A stretch of 64,000 bases of DNA, from contig NC_090399.1 in NCBI RefSeq assembly GCF_036365525.1, positions 32,706,430 through 32,770,429 of the forward strand, written 5' to 3'. The position numbers and the translations under genes were made by a program. The stretch's first letter is position 1. Every line of letters begins with the position of its first letter. Source of the stretch: Heterodontus francisci (lineage: Eukaryota). Below are positions 1 to 12,309 of this stretch, piece after piece. The notes under the pieces were generated by a model. The model worked only from the letters and a program-made list of their open reading frames with translations. It searched no databases and had not been told where the DNA came from.

Positions 1-240
1 GCCGAATATTTCAAAAGCTGCCATGCTTGCCAGGTTGCAGGCAAACCCCAGGCCACAATTGAACCAGTCCCCCTCAAACCCATTCCAGCATTTGGCGAAC
101 CTTTTGACCAAATGTTGATAGACTGTGTAGGGACACTACCCAAAACCAAGCCCAGTAAACCAGTGAGTGTTTGCTAGAAGGTAGAAATACCTGCGGGAAG
201 CCAGGAGGATTCAGTCAAGGAGGAGGAGAACCCGGTTAAA
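1..240 (+). mobile_element. Gypsy integrase fragment (H2C2 zinc finger and start of core), inverted relative to the adjacent gag-pro
   Basis: Frame 1 reads AEYFKSCHACQVAGKPQATIEPVPLKPIPAFGEPFDQMLIDCVGTLPKTK. Confidence 0.8.
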
Positions 241-2965
241 CCCCGTCCACTCCTCCTCCGCAGGTCTCCCAGGAGGTCTCCACTTCTGCATTACTACTTC
301 ATTTCACAGGTAGTAACACTCATGGATCGGGGTTACCTCTACCTCAGAACAAGCAGTCTGTGCTATGTACTTTATTTCAGGATCTGCTTGCTGGGCATTA
401 ACTAGGGAGGCTCGGCTGAGCACCTCCTCCCTTCAGATAGGTCCCTAAAGAAAGTTTCAGCTAACCAGGCCTCCGGCACATCCATCTGGGGCACTGGTTC
501 CCTTTCCACTAATCTGGCCTGTCTGGCTTGGGACCGAGTCACGACATAATCGGGGAAGATTCCTGGCATTTCCTCCTGTACTTGTTCGGTTTCCCTGGTT
601 TCTCTGGGCTGGTCTAATATTGTCGGGGTTGCTATTATCTTGCTACCAGTCAAGTTATTTCCCGGTAGGAAATTTATCTCTGCTAACGGTAACTCTGGGA
701 CAATTCCTACAGTTATAGGGCCTGAAACCAGGTTGCACTGCAGGTGGACTCGATGGAGTGGAACAGGCAGATAACCTCTGCCCACTCCACTGATCAGGGC
801 CTTGGCTTTCATGGAGGTTTCAGGGGGAAGGCATAGGCTGTTCTCTAACATTAAGGACTGAGTGGCCCCTGTATTCCTAAGCAGTATAATGGACTTGCTC
901 ATCTCCTGGGAAGGGTAGGGGGACTAGGTTCCTTCGAGGATAAAACTTCAGTAACTCTCCGGGAATTTGTCTGATCCAGCAACGCAAAGGGAAATACCCT
1001 CAGAGGGTCTAAGCTCTACCGTCAGGGCTTCTGCCAGTCCTGCTATGCTCTTTACCGGGGTATCCTCCTTGGAACTGTCCTTGCGGAGACCTATTAGACC
1101 CACTGGCTTTCTGTTTAGCCTCCATCATTCTGGCATGGAGTGACCCACTTTGTTGCAATGGGAGTACACTGGTCTCTAGGGTTTCTCTTTGTGGGCTTGG
1201 GGTGGACCCTTTGCCCCCTCATTTGTACTCCCCTTCACAGGTGTGGCTCCCTTTCTATCCCACTCTCCCTTCTTATCAACCCATATTTTTTTGGGAGTGG
1301 CTTTGGAAGGATCTGCCTGAGTTACCAGGCCCATGTGTGAGGTCATAGCTATCAGCAGCAAGTGTGAGCTCTCTAGCTGTGCGGACTCTCTGCTCCTCCA
1401 AGTGCACTCTCAGGTTGGGGGTGGTATGCTAGTTAAAATCCCTCCAGCAATATTAGCTCCCACAATTCCTCATCGGTGCATTGTATTTTTACAGATCAGA
1501 CCCACCGGTTGAAAGAAATTTCACCTTTCAAATTCTAAATAACTCTGCATGGGTTTGTTTTGAGTATTCCTGAATTGCTGGTGATGTGTCTCTGTGACCA
1601 ACTCATATGCACTAAGGATGGCAGCTTTAGTCTGCTCATAATTAGCAGACGTTTCAGGGGTCAGCACAGAATAGACCTTTTGACCCTTAACTGACCCTGA
1701 ATCATGAGGGTCCACATTTCCTGTGGCCATTATAGCTGTGCTGCTACCTTCTCAAAAGTGGCAAAAAAGGAGTCCACCTCACTCTCTTCAAATTTTGGTA
1801 CGAACTCAGCAAACATAAGAACCTCAAAGCCTGATTCTGTGTTAGGGAGATTTGTGTGGTTAACGGGTGAAGTGTGATCTTCCCCAGCAGCCTCCAACTG
1901 TCTCATCTCTCTCTCACTTTGAGTCTTCCGCTCCAAACACTTTCTATCTCCTCTCTCTCTCTTTCTCTCTCTCTCTTTGTCTCTCCTCTCTCTCTCTTTC
2001 CTGAAACTCCGGTTGCATCCTGAGTTTTGCTAGTTCCATTCTGGCCATGGAAGATGTGTCAGTTTCAGGAGTTAGTTCCTCATCTACCTGTTCCGGAATG
2101 GGATTGTGTCCCAGGTGCTCAGCCAGCACTTTTAGGACCTCAGTTTATTTCACCTTGCTGGGCAGTTTCACTTGTATCTCCCTAGCTAGAGCTTTTAACT
2201 GGTCTGTACTCAAGTTTGCCAACATTTCAGCAGTTACATCACCTTGCTCCAAAAACATTCTTGAACAAAATGTGCCATTTTCTAATGTTAGAGTTGAGGG
2301 TTTTGCTGCCGTAATTTATTTGTCTTAACAATCTTTTCAAATACCATATTTTCCTCTTTTGGCTTCCAATCAGTTTATTTTAATTTCTCATTCAGCTTGT
2401 TGCTTATATTGGTCTTTCATGGGTTTATCGTGGACTTGAGCTCCCAATTTCTATGTTACGAACAGGTAATTAATCTGTTTTATTCTCTGAACAAATTTCC
2501 CTGTTTTTCCGACCACCTGTTTGTAAATAGACTAGTGATTGAAATCCTTTCCCTCCCTTAAACCCTGGTAATAAATGACCACAACAACAACACAGGTGTT
2601 CAAGTTAAATCAAAGAATTAGGGTTGATTTACACAGTCGAACTCGGAAAGGGGTTTAACTTCACTATGCACACTTACAAACATTGAGCAAAAAGTTAACA
2701 ACATAAAAAGGCAAGGACATTCACAGAATAGAACTATAAACTAACACGAATTTCAGTCAAAACTGGTGTCTGTTTAAATTATCAAAAAGATTCCAAAAAT
2801 TGGAGATCACCGACTGCGGAGGAGCTGTTGGAAATATCTCTCCTTACAAATTTCTTCTTCTTTGCACTCTCAGATATAAATAGAGGTAGCTTATTTTGGC
2901 TGAAGTCACCATTTTCTTTGGTGAGGAAACAAGCAGAAAGCAGTGTTTCTTGCTCTTTTTACAGA
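241..2965 (-). mobile_element. Decayed Gmr1-like Ty3/Gypsy element: LTR remnant (~2454-2965), PBS, gag, protease, start of integrase
   Basis: Minus-strand ORF pieces VPKFEESEVDSFFATFEKVA, YEQTKAAILSAYEL, IILLRNTGATQSL and VMQKWRPPGRPAEEEW; LTR end CGTAACA followed by a degenerate tRNA-Pro-like PBS near 2430-2450. Confidence 0.85.
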
Positions 2966-2967
2966 TA

Positions 2968-3665
2968 GTGGGCTGGATTTTACATTGCGCTGACGGGCGC
3001 TGACCACCGACGTAAAGGTTGGTGGCGAACCCGCTTCCGCCTAACCTGGGGATCTGTCCCGCATTTTACAGGTCCCCAGGCTTTAATTATTCCGAGGAGG
3101 GACTTCCACCCATTTGAGGGGGGAAATCCTGCCTCATTGAGCAGCCGGCCAATCAGTGAGCCGGCAGCTCTTAGTCCCAGCAGCGCCACCGGGAGCGGTG
3201 GCCACTGCTGGGACTACAGCTTAGCTGATGGTAGATGAAGACATGGAGCCGGGATTTCAGGTCAGTTTAGGTTGCCTCGCCGGGGGTAATCGGTCAGGCC
3301 CAGGCAAGGCAAGGGTGGTCGTTTGGGCGGAAGGGGGCATGTTGGATCCTGAGGGTGGTTGGAGAAGTGGGATGACCCTAAATCAGGCAATCTGCGACTG
3401 ATTTTCAGGGCTCACCCCCGGGGCTCTGAGAGGCTGCCTGATTTTACCTGGTGGCCTTTCCTGACTCCAGGGCGTCCACTTGCCAAGTGTAAAATCTGGG
3501 TGGAGGTGGGCGAAGGCCCTTAATTGCCAACTTAAGGGCCTTGATTGGCCTGGGGCAGGCGGTCTGTTTTTCACCCCCCCCCCCCCCTCCCCCCAGCCCG
3601 AAGTAAAGTGTGGCGGAGGTGGAAGCGGGTCGGGAAGACCTCCCGGACCCGCGTGCTCCATTTTA
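2968..3665. repeat. GC-rich interspersed repeat of unknown class
   Basis: Begins GGGCTGGATTTT; reverse-complement-like ends at ~10330 and ~22020; internal inverted motif ACCCGCTTCC/GGAAGCGGGT. Confidence 0.45.
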
Positions 3666-3849
3666 GGTCTGCAAGAACACGACCTGATAGTCAAACATAC
3701 TGCCACCCCTTTGTATTGAGCAGCTGGTCTTCTGATGCCAGGAAAACCGTACGAGTGCACTTTGGTGATACCAGAACCAGGTGAAGGGCCATTTGGTATC
3801 AGCCATGTACCTGACTGACTGCAGGTCTTTGTGCATGGGTCGAACATCA

Positions 3850-3948
3850 GAACTGATGAAGGGTCACTGACCTCAAACGTTAACTCTGCTTCTCTCTCCA
3901 TAGATGCTGCCAGACCTGCTGAGTATTTCCAGCATTTGTTTTTATTAC
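3850..3948 (+). mobile_element. Penelope pseudo-LTR fragment with a degenerate hammerhead ribozyme
   Basis: CTGATGA-AGGGTCACTGACCT-CAAAC-GTT-AACT (GAAA changed to CAAA); matches the Penelope end at 54960-55063. Confidence 0.75.
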
Positions 3949-4230
3949 GAAAGCAGACATGTTGGCTACATCTCATGTCAAGGTGTGAGTATCGGATATT
4001 AGCCAGAACAATGGATGCACCCAAGCAGTATCACTTAACTATTTGGGGTTGTTTAGGTCATCCTGGTTCTTTTGTAAAATTAACTGCTCAACAGTTAAGC
4101 CATCAAGACAGCTATTATTCAAGTCTGAAGTTTGGCTGCGTAGGAACTCACTTCAATGCACATTCTGAGCATCATGTGATAGAACTCACAGAGAAAGGGT
4201 CCAGAAATATCAGGAGACAGCCCTTTATGG

Positions 4231-4406
4231 GGGGAGAATACACAGGACAGCTGGAGGGACAACATCGGGAGAACACACAGGACAGCTGGAGGGTCAACAT
4301 TGGGAGAACATACAGGACAGCTGGAGGGAAAACATCGGGAGAACACACAGGACAGCTGGAGGGACAACATCGGGAGAACACATAGGACAGCTGGAGGGAC
4401 AACATC
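4231..4406. repeat. 35-bp minisatellite, about 5 copies
   Basis: AGGACAGCTGG recurs at 4244, 4279, 4314, 4349 and 4384. Confidence 0.9.
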
Positions 4407-4774
4407 TACAAGTCTTATCACCTTGCATTTGCAAGAAACAGGTTGTATGAATCTATTGTATAAACGTAATAGTTATTAGCATTGGTAGTGTTATTAGTAT
4501 TGGTGTCTGAGTCATAAACTTGCATCTGGACAGCACACTCAAGCCTGAATCATGAGGTATCATTTAATTTAAAGTATTCCCTACAACTGTGTAACAGCCT
4601 CGAGCAGACTGAATGGCCTCCTTCTGTTCGTGTGTAACAGGTGTGAAGAAGCTGAATGGCCTCCTGCTCCTGTGTTTACATGATTTGTCAGACATGCAGT
4701 GGGGCAGTGAATCTCTCTCTCTCTAGTTAACCCTGTCATTGACCTATGTCTCCTCCCCACTCTCCCCTCCCCAG

Positions 4775-4921
4775 GAACAGCTGAAGACTCTTGCCAGTGA
4801 GATGGTGAAGGACTCCACAGAGTTTCACTGCCTGCAGTCCCAGTTCTCCGTGCTTTACAATGAGAGCCTGAAGCTCAAGGCCCGGATGGACGATGGCCGC
4901 AATCTGCTCTTCACTACCTGA
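4775..4921 (+). pseudogene. Isolated exon of a BRE1-type E3 ligase gene (RNF20/RNF40), truncated by a stop codon
   Basis: Polypyrimidine tract and CAG acceptor, then EQLKTLASEMVKDSTEFHCLQSQFSVLYNESLKLKARMDDGRNLL, matching the RNF20/40 motif QSQFSVLYNESL; TGA at 4919; no neighbouring exons seen. Confidence 0.8.
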
Positions 4922-5185
4922 ACCACAGTCGAGTGAAGGACATCACTGAAACAACATGAGATCTAGAGATGGGACTGATGGTGTTTGAAAGAACAACCTC
5001 ATTGCTGGGAGAATACAGCTTCCAATTTTCATTAGTTAATTAATGTGATCAGAATTGTCCAGTCTTTGGAGTTTTCCAATTCAATCTCAGAAATAAAAAA
5101 ATTCTATCACATCATGGACTGAACTCGATGTCGTAATCTGTTTATTCAATTAAAAATAAGTTTGAACAATGTGTCAACCTCAATA

Positions 5186-5213
5186 TCCCTGGGGAGATCC
5201 CACAGGGTATAAA
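5186..5213 (+). promoter_or_regulatory. Putative core promoter of the GPR139-like gene: EBF/O-E-like site, kB-like site and TATA box
   Basis: TCCCTGGGGA 5186-5195, GGGAGATCCC 5192-5201, TATAAA 5208-5213, about 85 nt before the ATG. Confidence 0.5.
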
Positions 5214-5297
5214 TTACAGGCTCTGGCAATGTGTCAGCTCAGAGTTTAATGGAGAGATTACCTGCAGCACGAAGGGACACATCACTTCACACAGAAA

Positions 5298-5364
5298 ATG
5301 GATCGAACAATTGACAGTATCTTGAAAATATATTACCCAATTCTTGCAGTCATTGGTGTTCCTG
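5298..5364 (+). CDS. GPR139-like class A GPCR, coding exon 1
   Basis: MDRTIDSILKIYYPILAVIGVP plus G|GTCAGT donor; phase 1 joins in frame to 10416; same split inside TM1 as GPR139. Confidence 0.85.
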
Positions 5365-5839
5365 GTCAGTGACTATAACCATTGAAGTTGTGTAAATCTG
5401 TGTGTGATCTGGTCTCTGGTTTTACTCTGTGACTGATAATGTTAAATGCTGATCTAATGGTTACTGTTATACAGACACCCGATCAGTGATATCATTTCCT
5501 TATTTCAAATATCCTGAATTATCTCTGCAATTTTATTCCATTGTCTCAGCTGATAATAAACCTCTGTTTGTAACTGACAGGCTCTCTGAATTATCAAGTT
5601 ACAGCATTTAGTGAAATATCATGTAATGCTGAATGAGATCTCAGTGAAGGCAGCTCTCTGAATGAAGGTGTTAGTGGGAGCATCAGTCAGTGTAAAATCA
5701 AAATGAATGTGGGTCACTAACCAGAGTGGATCACCTGATCCAGTGACCATGTATTGCTGGGAGTATCTGTCACTGTGGAATTGTACTGAGTGTGGGTCAC
5801 TGACCGGAGTGGAACACTTTACCGCAGTGCCCATCTATG

Positions 5840-6841
5840 TTTTTTAGAACTAAACAAGATTTTCATGGACATTGAAACATCTGGAGATAGCTGAACTTTA
5901 TGGATTTTTTTTAAATAAAGGAAGGTCAACAAGAGATTCCTGGTTTTGACCAGGAAACAAATACTGGAAAACAGATGATTTCCAGTAAAGACAGCAGGAG
6001 TTTTGAATTTAGAACTATTCTTTGTTTTGACAAGACAAGAATTCATGACTAGCCCATGAGACTTGCCTAGAAAAGTTAGTTTAATTTTGAACTGTTAAAG
6101 TCAGTGTGTTTGGACAAAAGCAGGCTTTTGAAATTTGATATGGACCTGCCAGGAGTTTAGAAGAAAATTGTTACCTCTCTTTGAAGAATCCCTGTTCTTG
6201 AAAAGCAAAAGGTGTATGAAGTTGTACTGTTGCCTCCTGTGCTGTTGAAGACATCCTGAATGCTTGCAGACACCTTGCATTTTCAAAAAAGAACTTTGGA
6301 TCAAATGTGTAAGAACTGACTCCTCTGTTGCTGCACACCTGATGGAAGAACTATATGAAGCCTTCTACAGTTGCATTGCTTTGAACGCCTACGCAAAACA
6401 GATTGTTCATCAACCTCCCTGGAAAAACTCCGATTGGTAGACAACAATTCGACTTTGGAACACCTCGCTAAAACAAAAGACTTTCATCTCTTCTCTTCAG
6501 TAAAAGTTTTATTTATTCCTTCTATTTCTTTGTAGCAGCTTGAAACAAAAATATATTTTTTCCTGGCGAACCAGTTTTGGTTGTATGTGAGTGTGTGTGA
6601 GGGTGAGGATATAAAAAATACAGGCTTTTAATATTTCAATTCGGATAGGTTAAGACTTGTTTTTATAATAACGGATAATTTTGTTGTTTATTAAAGAAAC
6701 CTGGTTGGTGTGCTTCATTCTGGGGACAAATAGAGTATTTAATTGGCTGTTTCGGTAAGTGGCAACATTTATTCATATGCTGTGACCTATGGAGAAGTGG
6801 GACTGAATTAACAGTGCATTCCTCCCGCCTCAGTCGTAACA
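5840..6841 (+). mobile_element. Probable solo Gypsy LTR in the GPCR intron
   Basis: Ends CAGTCGTAACA; 3' part resembles the TSD-bounded LTR at 19846-20756; 5' boundary uncertain. Confidence 0.6.
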
Positions 6842-7367
6842 ATTCTATGAAGCTGTCTCTGTGTTTTAACAATGTAATTGTTTGCAAAGTGGTTGTTGCT
6901 GATGTTTGGTAATAAGTGTATGAAGTGAAATGTCTTGCTATTGCTCTATCTCTGATTGAAATGCTCCAACAGACACTTACTGACAGTGAAACAGCAGGAC
7001 AGCACTGTTACACCATTCTAATCCTCTGAATAATGACATTTCTTACTCTGAGTATAGTTAGTGTAAACATTTAAGTTATTTTAGTGATGATTAATCCCCT
7101 TCCCCAACATGGTCCTGAGAATCTGTGAGTCATGAGTGGTGAATTTAATTATCTGTCTAATACACAGGATGAATATTGGGCTGTGTTTATTGAATTGTCC
7201 ATTCCTGTAACTGATTATGGTTTGATGCATCAGTTCTTAGTTATGATTCGGAGTCTCAAAACATGTAACCTGTAACAATCCCTGCCCTTAGATCAGTGAG
7301 GTGCCTCCCTGTGAGGAGAGACACCTATAACTGAAGAACAGACATATTGGGTTTTCAAAATACAGAG

Positions 7368-8020
7368 ATCATAGAAACATAGAAAATAGGAGCAGGAGAA
7401 GGCCATTCGGGCCTGATTCGCCATTCAAAAAAAGGTCATGGCTGATCTTCCAATTCAATACCCTGTTCCTGCTTTCTCCCCATATTCCTTGATCCCTTTG
7501 GCATGAAGAAATATATCTACCTCCTTCTTGAATATATTTAATGACTTGGCCTCCACTGCCTTCTGTGATAGAGAATTCCACAGGTTTACTACCCTCTGAG
7601 TGAAGAATTTTCTCCTCATCTCGGTTCTGAATGGCATACCCCATATCCTGAGTGACCCCAGGTTCTGGACTCCCCAGCCATCGGGAACATCCTCCCTGCA
7701 ACTAGCCTGTCTTTTACTGTTAGAATTTTATAGGTCTCAATGAGATCCCCTCTCATTCTTCTAAACTCAAGTGAATATAGGCCTAGTCGAACAAATCTCT
7801 CCTCCTACATCAATCCTGCCATCCCAGAAATCAGCCTAGTAAATCTTTTTTGCACTCCCTCCAAGGCAAGAACATCCTTCCTCAGATAAGGAGACCAAAG
7901 CTGCACACAATACTCAAGATGTGGTCTCACCAAGGCCCTGTATAACTGCCTTGTTACTGTACTCAAATCCTCTTGCAATGAAGGCCAACATACCATTTGC
8001 CTTCCTAACTGCTTGCTGCA
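7368..8020 (-). mobile_element. CR1 LINE 3' fragment
   Basis: [28 protein letters not shown] and a TTCTATG-type tail on the minus strand. Confidence 0.9.
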
Positions 8021-8195
8021 CCTTCTTCTTCTTCTTTGCCTCCTTGTCTCGAGAGACAATGGGTAAGCGCCTGGATGTGGTCAGTGGTTTGTGGAGCAGC
8101 GCCTGGAGTGGCTATAAAGGCCAATTCTAGAGTGACAGACTCTTCCACAGGTGCTGCAGAAAAAATTGTTTGTCGGGGCTGTTACACAGTTGGAC
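8021..8195 (-). mobile_element. RTE LINE 3' end
   Basis: Minus strand reads CSTCGRVCHSRIGLYSHSRRC* followed by a (GAA)n tail. Confidence 0.75.
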
Positions 8196-8199
8196 CCTT

Positions 8200-9365
8200 G
8201 TTCTCACCTTCCATCCCACCAGCCTCCACATTCAACACATCATGCTCCAACATTTCTGCCACATCCAGCTAAGTCCAACACCAAACATATATTCTGCTCC
8301 CCTTCTTTTCCCCCACTCATTGTGACACTCTGATCCACTCCTCAATCACCCCCAACATCAGCTCCTCTTCCCCAGGCACCTTCCCATACAAGCACAGGAG
8401 ATGTAACACCTGACCTTTTACCTCCTACCTTCCCACTGTCCAAGACCCCAAACACTCCTTCCAGGTGAAACAGTGATTTACTTGGACTTCTTTCAATTTA
8501 TTAACAGTATTCGCTGCTCACGATGGAATCTCCTGGACATTGGGAGAGGAGCAAACACAGATTGAGTGATTGCTTTGCTGAGCTCCGCCATTCAGTCTGT
8601 AAATGTGACCCTGAGCTTCTGGTCACTTGTCATTTTAATTCTACATCCCACTCCCACTCTGACCTCTCTATTCCGGCCTCCTACACTCTCTTCCTCTGAC
8701 GTTCAATGAAGAACAGCACTGGATATTTTGATTAGGCATGTTATTGCATCTCAGACTCAACACTGAGATTAAAAACTTCAGATTATAACTATTGCTCCCA
8801 CTTGATGTGACGGTCTGTGCTGGTAATGGAGGATGGCTACACCAGAGTCACTGGGAGTGGAGGGGGTGTGGGCTGGTGCTTGGGGTGAGGATCCCCTATT
8901 GGTGCACAGCTGGCAGGCTGGTCCACATCACTGGGGTCTACCCACCATTCTCCATCACTTCTCCGGACCACTGGAGCCTTCTCCTCTTTGCCAGATTTTC
9001 CATGCTCCCCTCTCCCTCTGTTATTCTGCTGTAACCATTTACACCTCCTCTGGACCCATCCTCTGTTTCTTTAATTGTCCCATTCACCTTGCACCATCAT
9101 CCCTTTTATCGTTGAATCACTCCTGCCCTCCACCCGATCACAGACCTTCCCTTTTGTTCTTTCCTCCCCCTATACCCCACTTTTCATTAACAGTTTTAAA
9201 GCAATCATGTAGTCAATCTCTAATAGGCTTTCATCAGAACTGGAAGATATCAGCCTGAAACATTAACTCTGTTTCTCTCTCCACAGATGCTGCCTGACCT
9301 GCTGAGTGTTTTCAACATTCTCCTATTTTTTATCAGATTTACAGCAATTTCAGTATTTTTTTTTA
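8200..9365 (+). mobile_element. Decayed Penelope-like element (GIY-YIG region and pseudo-LTR)
   Basis: GTFP..RRCNT and KHSFQVKQ homologous to the element at 54960-57895; pLTR sequence at 9226-9365. Confidence 0.75.
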
Positions 9366-10415
9366 CTCCAATGTTTATTCCTGGATATTAACAGGGGTGA
9401 GTGACATAGGTCGGGAGCAGAGTTTCAGAGTTTTAACTCCACAGACTGCCTCTTTTATCCTGGACATGTTCCCCGCCCTGAAGTCAGCTTGATTGACAGG
9501 CTTGGCTTCCAGTCGGGCAGGGCGGACTCTGGAGCAGGCCTCAGGACCAGGGCGGTCCAAATGCTGACCCCGGTGTTTTGGGGGAGATGCCTGATATCGG
9601 GGTGTGTCCAATCACCATCTCCAGGAAGGGAGAGAGTGGTGACATCTCTGATCACTGGTCTGTCACTCCCCAACCCCGGGGAGGGGTCTCCAATCCTGTA
9701 GCGTGGTCCGAGTCTGGGGAGGAGGAGCAGGATGGGAGCAGGAGGGTGAGTGTCTGATCCAAGACATGATGGGTGGATGGACCTGGGAGGGTGGTCTGAT
9801 TCCAGGAATGGGGGTCCAAGCCCACAGTTGAGGTCTCATGCAGGGAGGAGAGTCCGATCTGGGGGTAGTGCGGTCCAGTCCGTGAGGACGTAGTCAGACA
9901 CCAGGAGTGGTGAGGCCCCATCTCTGTAGGGTCCAGTCCTGGATGTGCAGTGGCGGGGTCCTATTGTGGGGAAGGTGGTGCGTGGCCACAGGGTGATGGG
10001 GGGGGTGAATGATCCAGAAGGACGGGTCCTATCCTAGTGGTGGGTACTGTTCCAAGCACCAATCCCGGGTGTCTTTGTATGTGGTGTGGGGTATAACGGG
10101 GCAATCCTGTGTCCCGAGTTAAACCTGTAAAACAGATTAAATCAGAGACTTCCAGCCTCATTCAAATATTTTAATCACCAACCAGCCTCCTGGGAGCGGT
10201 TGTCTGTCCGTCCCCTTTCCCGACTCTGTTAAACCTGGAAGTGGGAAGGTCGGAGGTCGGTAGGGGTCGGGGTTGAGATTTTTACATTTTAACCTCTGAC
10301 CCCGCTCCCAACCCTCCTGTTTTTGGAGCTAAAATTCTGCCCTTACTGTCTGGGTCAGACACGGAGAATGTTTGATCAGTAATTTCCAGTCTCTTTTCCC
10401 TTCTTTCTCTTACAG

Positions 10416-11311
10416 TTAATTTACTGGCGATTGTGATCCTGTCCCGGGGAAAGTGCGGCCTCTCCACCTGCACCACTCGCTACCTGGTGGCCATGGCAAT
10501 AGTGGATCTACTGCTCATTATCACTGAGGTCATACTGCAGCGGATCAGATCTTATTATTTCCCAGGATCTTTCCTGAATATCACCCCTGTGTGTAGTGTT
10601 AACATTGTCCTGAATTGTGCAGCCACAGACTGTTCTGTCTGGTTCACCGTTACTTTCACCTTCGATCGATTTGTGGCCATTTGTTGCCAGAAGCTGAAAA
10701 CTAAATATTGTACCAAGGAAACTGCGGCTGTGGTTCTAGCAACAACCTGCATTCTGCTCTGTTTAAAAAATATTCCCATGTACTTTACATACAAATCTGG
10801 AGAGATAATCGACAATGTACCGTGGTTCTGTTATCCAAAGCCAAGCTATTATACTGAGCCCGGATGGGTGGGATTTTCCATGTTTAATAAGGTTTTAACC
10901 CCATTACTCCCATTTGCTTCAATCCTGTTGCTCAACGCTCTGACAGTCAGACACATTTTAGTGGCCAGTCGAGTCCGTAAGGGACTGAGGGGTCAGAGCA
11001 AGGGAGAGAATCGCAGTGACCCAGAGATGGAGAGCAGAAGGAAGTCTGTGATTTTACTCTTCAGCATATCTGGCAGCTTCATACTTCTGTGGTTGGTAAA
11101 TGTTTTATATTACTTTAACATCGGATATCACTTTGATTCTGATTCTTTTTATATATTTCAACAAGTCGGATTTATGCTGCACAATTTAAGTTGCTGCACA
11201 AACACATTTATTTATGTGGTGACTCAGTCCAAGTTCAGACAGCAGGTCAAGATCACGGTGAAATATCCAGTTACATCAATTATTCAATTAATGAACAAAC
11301 AAAACAACTGA
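10416..11311 (+). CDS. GPR139-like class A GPCR, coding exon 2 (total 320 aa, intact)
   Basis: Acceptor TTCTTTCTCTTACAG|; VNLLAIVILSRGKCGLS, TM2 YLVAMAIVDL, DRF motif, ECL2 Cys, TM7 NTFIY; seven hydrophobic segments. Confidence 0.9.
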
Positions 11312-12309
11312 GAGCAGCCCAGAGGCAGGTCCCAGTGTTTCCAGTCCATGAATGGAATATTTATCCCCAGACTTCCATCAACTGAATGACAGCAGGAATC
11401 GCTGGGAATGTGAAAATACCCCCAGTGGTGGAGTGGGGGCTGGAAGAGACTAACACTACCCCTCCAGGACAGGAAGGGAAACAGCAGCCACAGTCTCTCC
11501 TCAACCTCCACTGGTTCGATTCTCAGCTCCTCCCATCGGCTGAGGAAACAAAAATGTTCTTACAAAAGCAAAATGCTGCAGAATCTGGAAATTTTATCCT
11601 GTGAATTGTTTTTTTTTTCTGGAGACATTTTATTTGAGTCTGTCTCTCTTCCATTCCCCTGCCTGGTCACTGCCGTCTCTCTTTCTCCCTCTGTATCTGA
11701 GTCAGATGGTGTTGTGTGTATCGTGGGGCGAGGGGAACTTTATGTCAGGACAAGCCCAGCCGAGGGACTCGGATAGGGAGTCGGGACCCAGGGTGAGGGA
11801 GTGGGTCGGGCTCGGTACAGGAGGTGGAAGGCCAGTGGCCTCAGCTTCACGATGCTTGGATGGACGGGGCCGAGTCCCTTCCTGCTTCCATGAAGGCTGA
11901 TATTGTTAACGGTTCCCTCTCCTCAGCTTTTGTCCCTCTCTCTTTCAAATCTCTAGTTATCACCTTTCCCCTAAAAAGAAACAGCCCTTGACCTGCTCTC
12001 TCCTTGCAAACTAACACCCCATCTCCAAACTCCATTTCCTCTCCCAAGTCCTTGAACATGTTGTCACTTCCCAAATCCATGGCCATCTTTCCCGGAACAC
12101 CATGTTTGAATCCTCCAATCCGTTTTCTGCCCCTGTTACCGTACTGAAACAGTTGTTATCAAAGTCACAAATGACATCCTATGTGACTGTGACAACGGTA
12201 AACTTTCCCTCCTCGTCCTTCTTGACCTGTCTGCAGCCTTTGACATGGTTGACCACACCATCCTCCTCCAACGCCTCTGCAGTGTCGTCCAGCTGGGTGG
12301 GACTGCTCT

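Noticed and set aside
3383-4421. ORFs of 213 and 184 aa
   Set aside because: They cross repeat boundaries and show no recognisable domain.
9375-10135. GC-rich intronic stretch with recurring GGTCC motifs and short ORFs
   Set aside because: No clear period or protein similarity could be established by eye.
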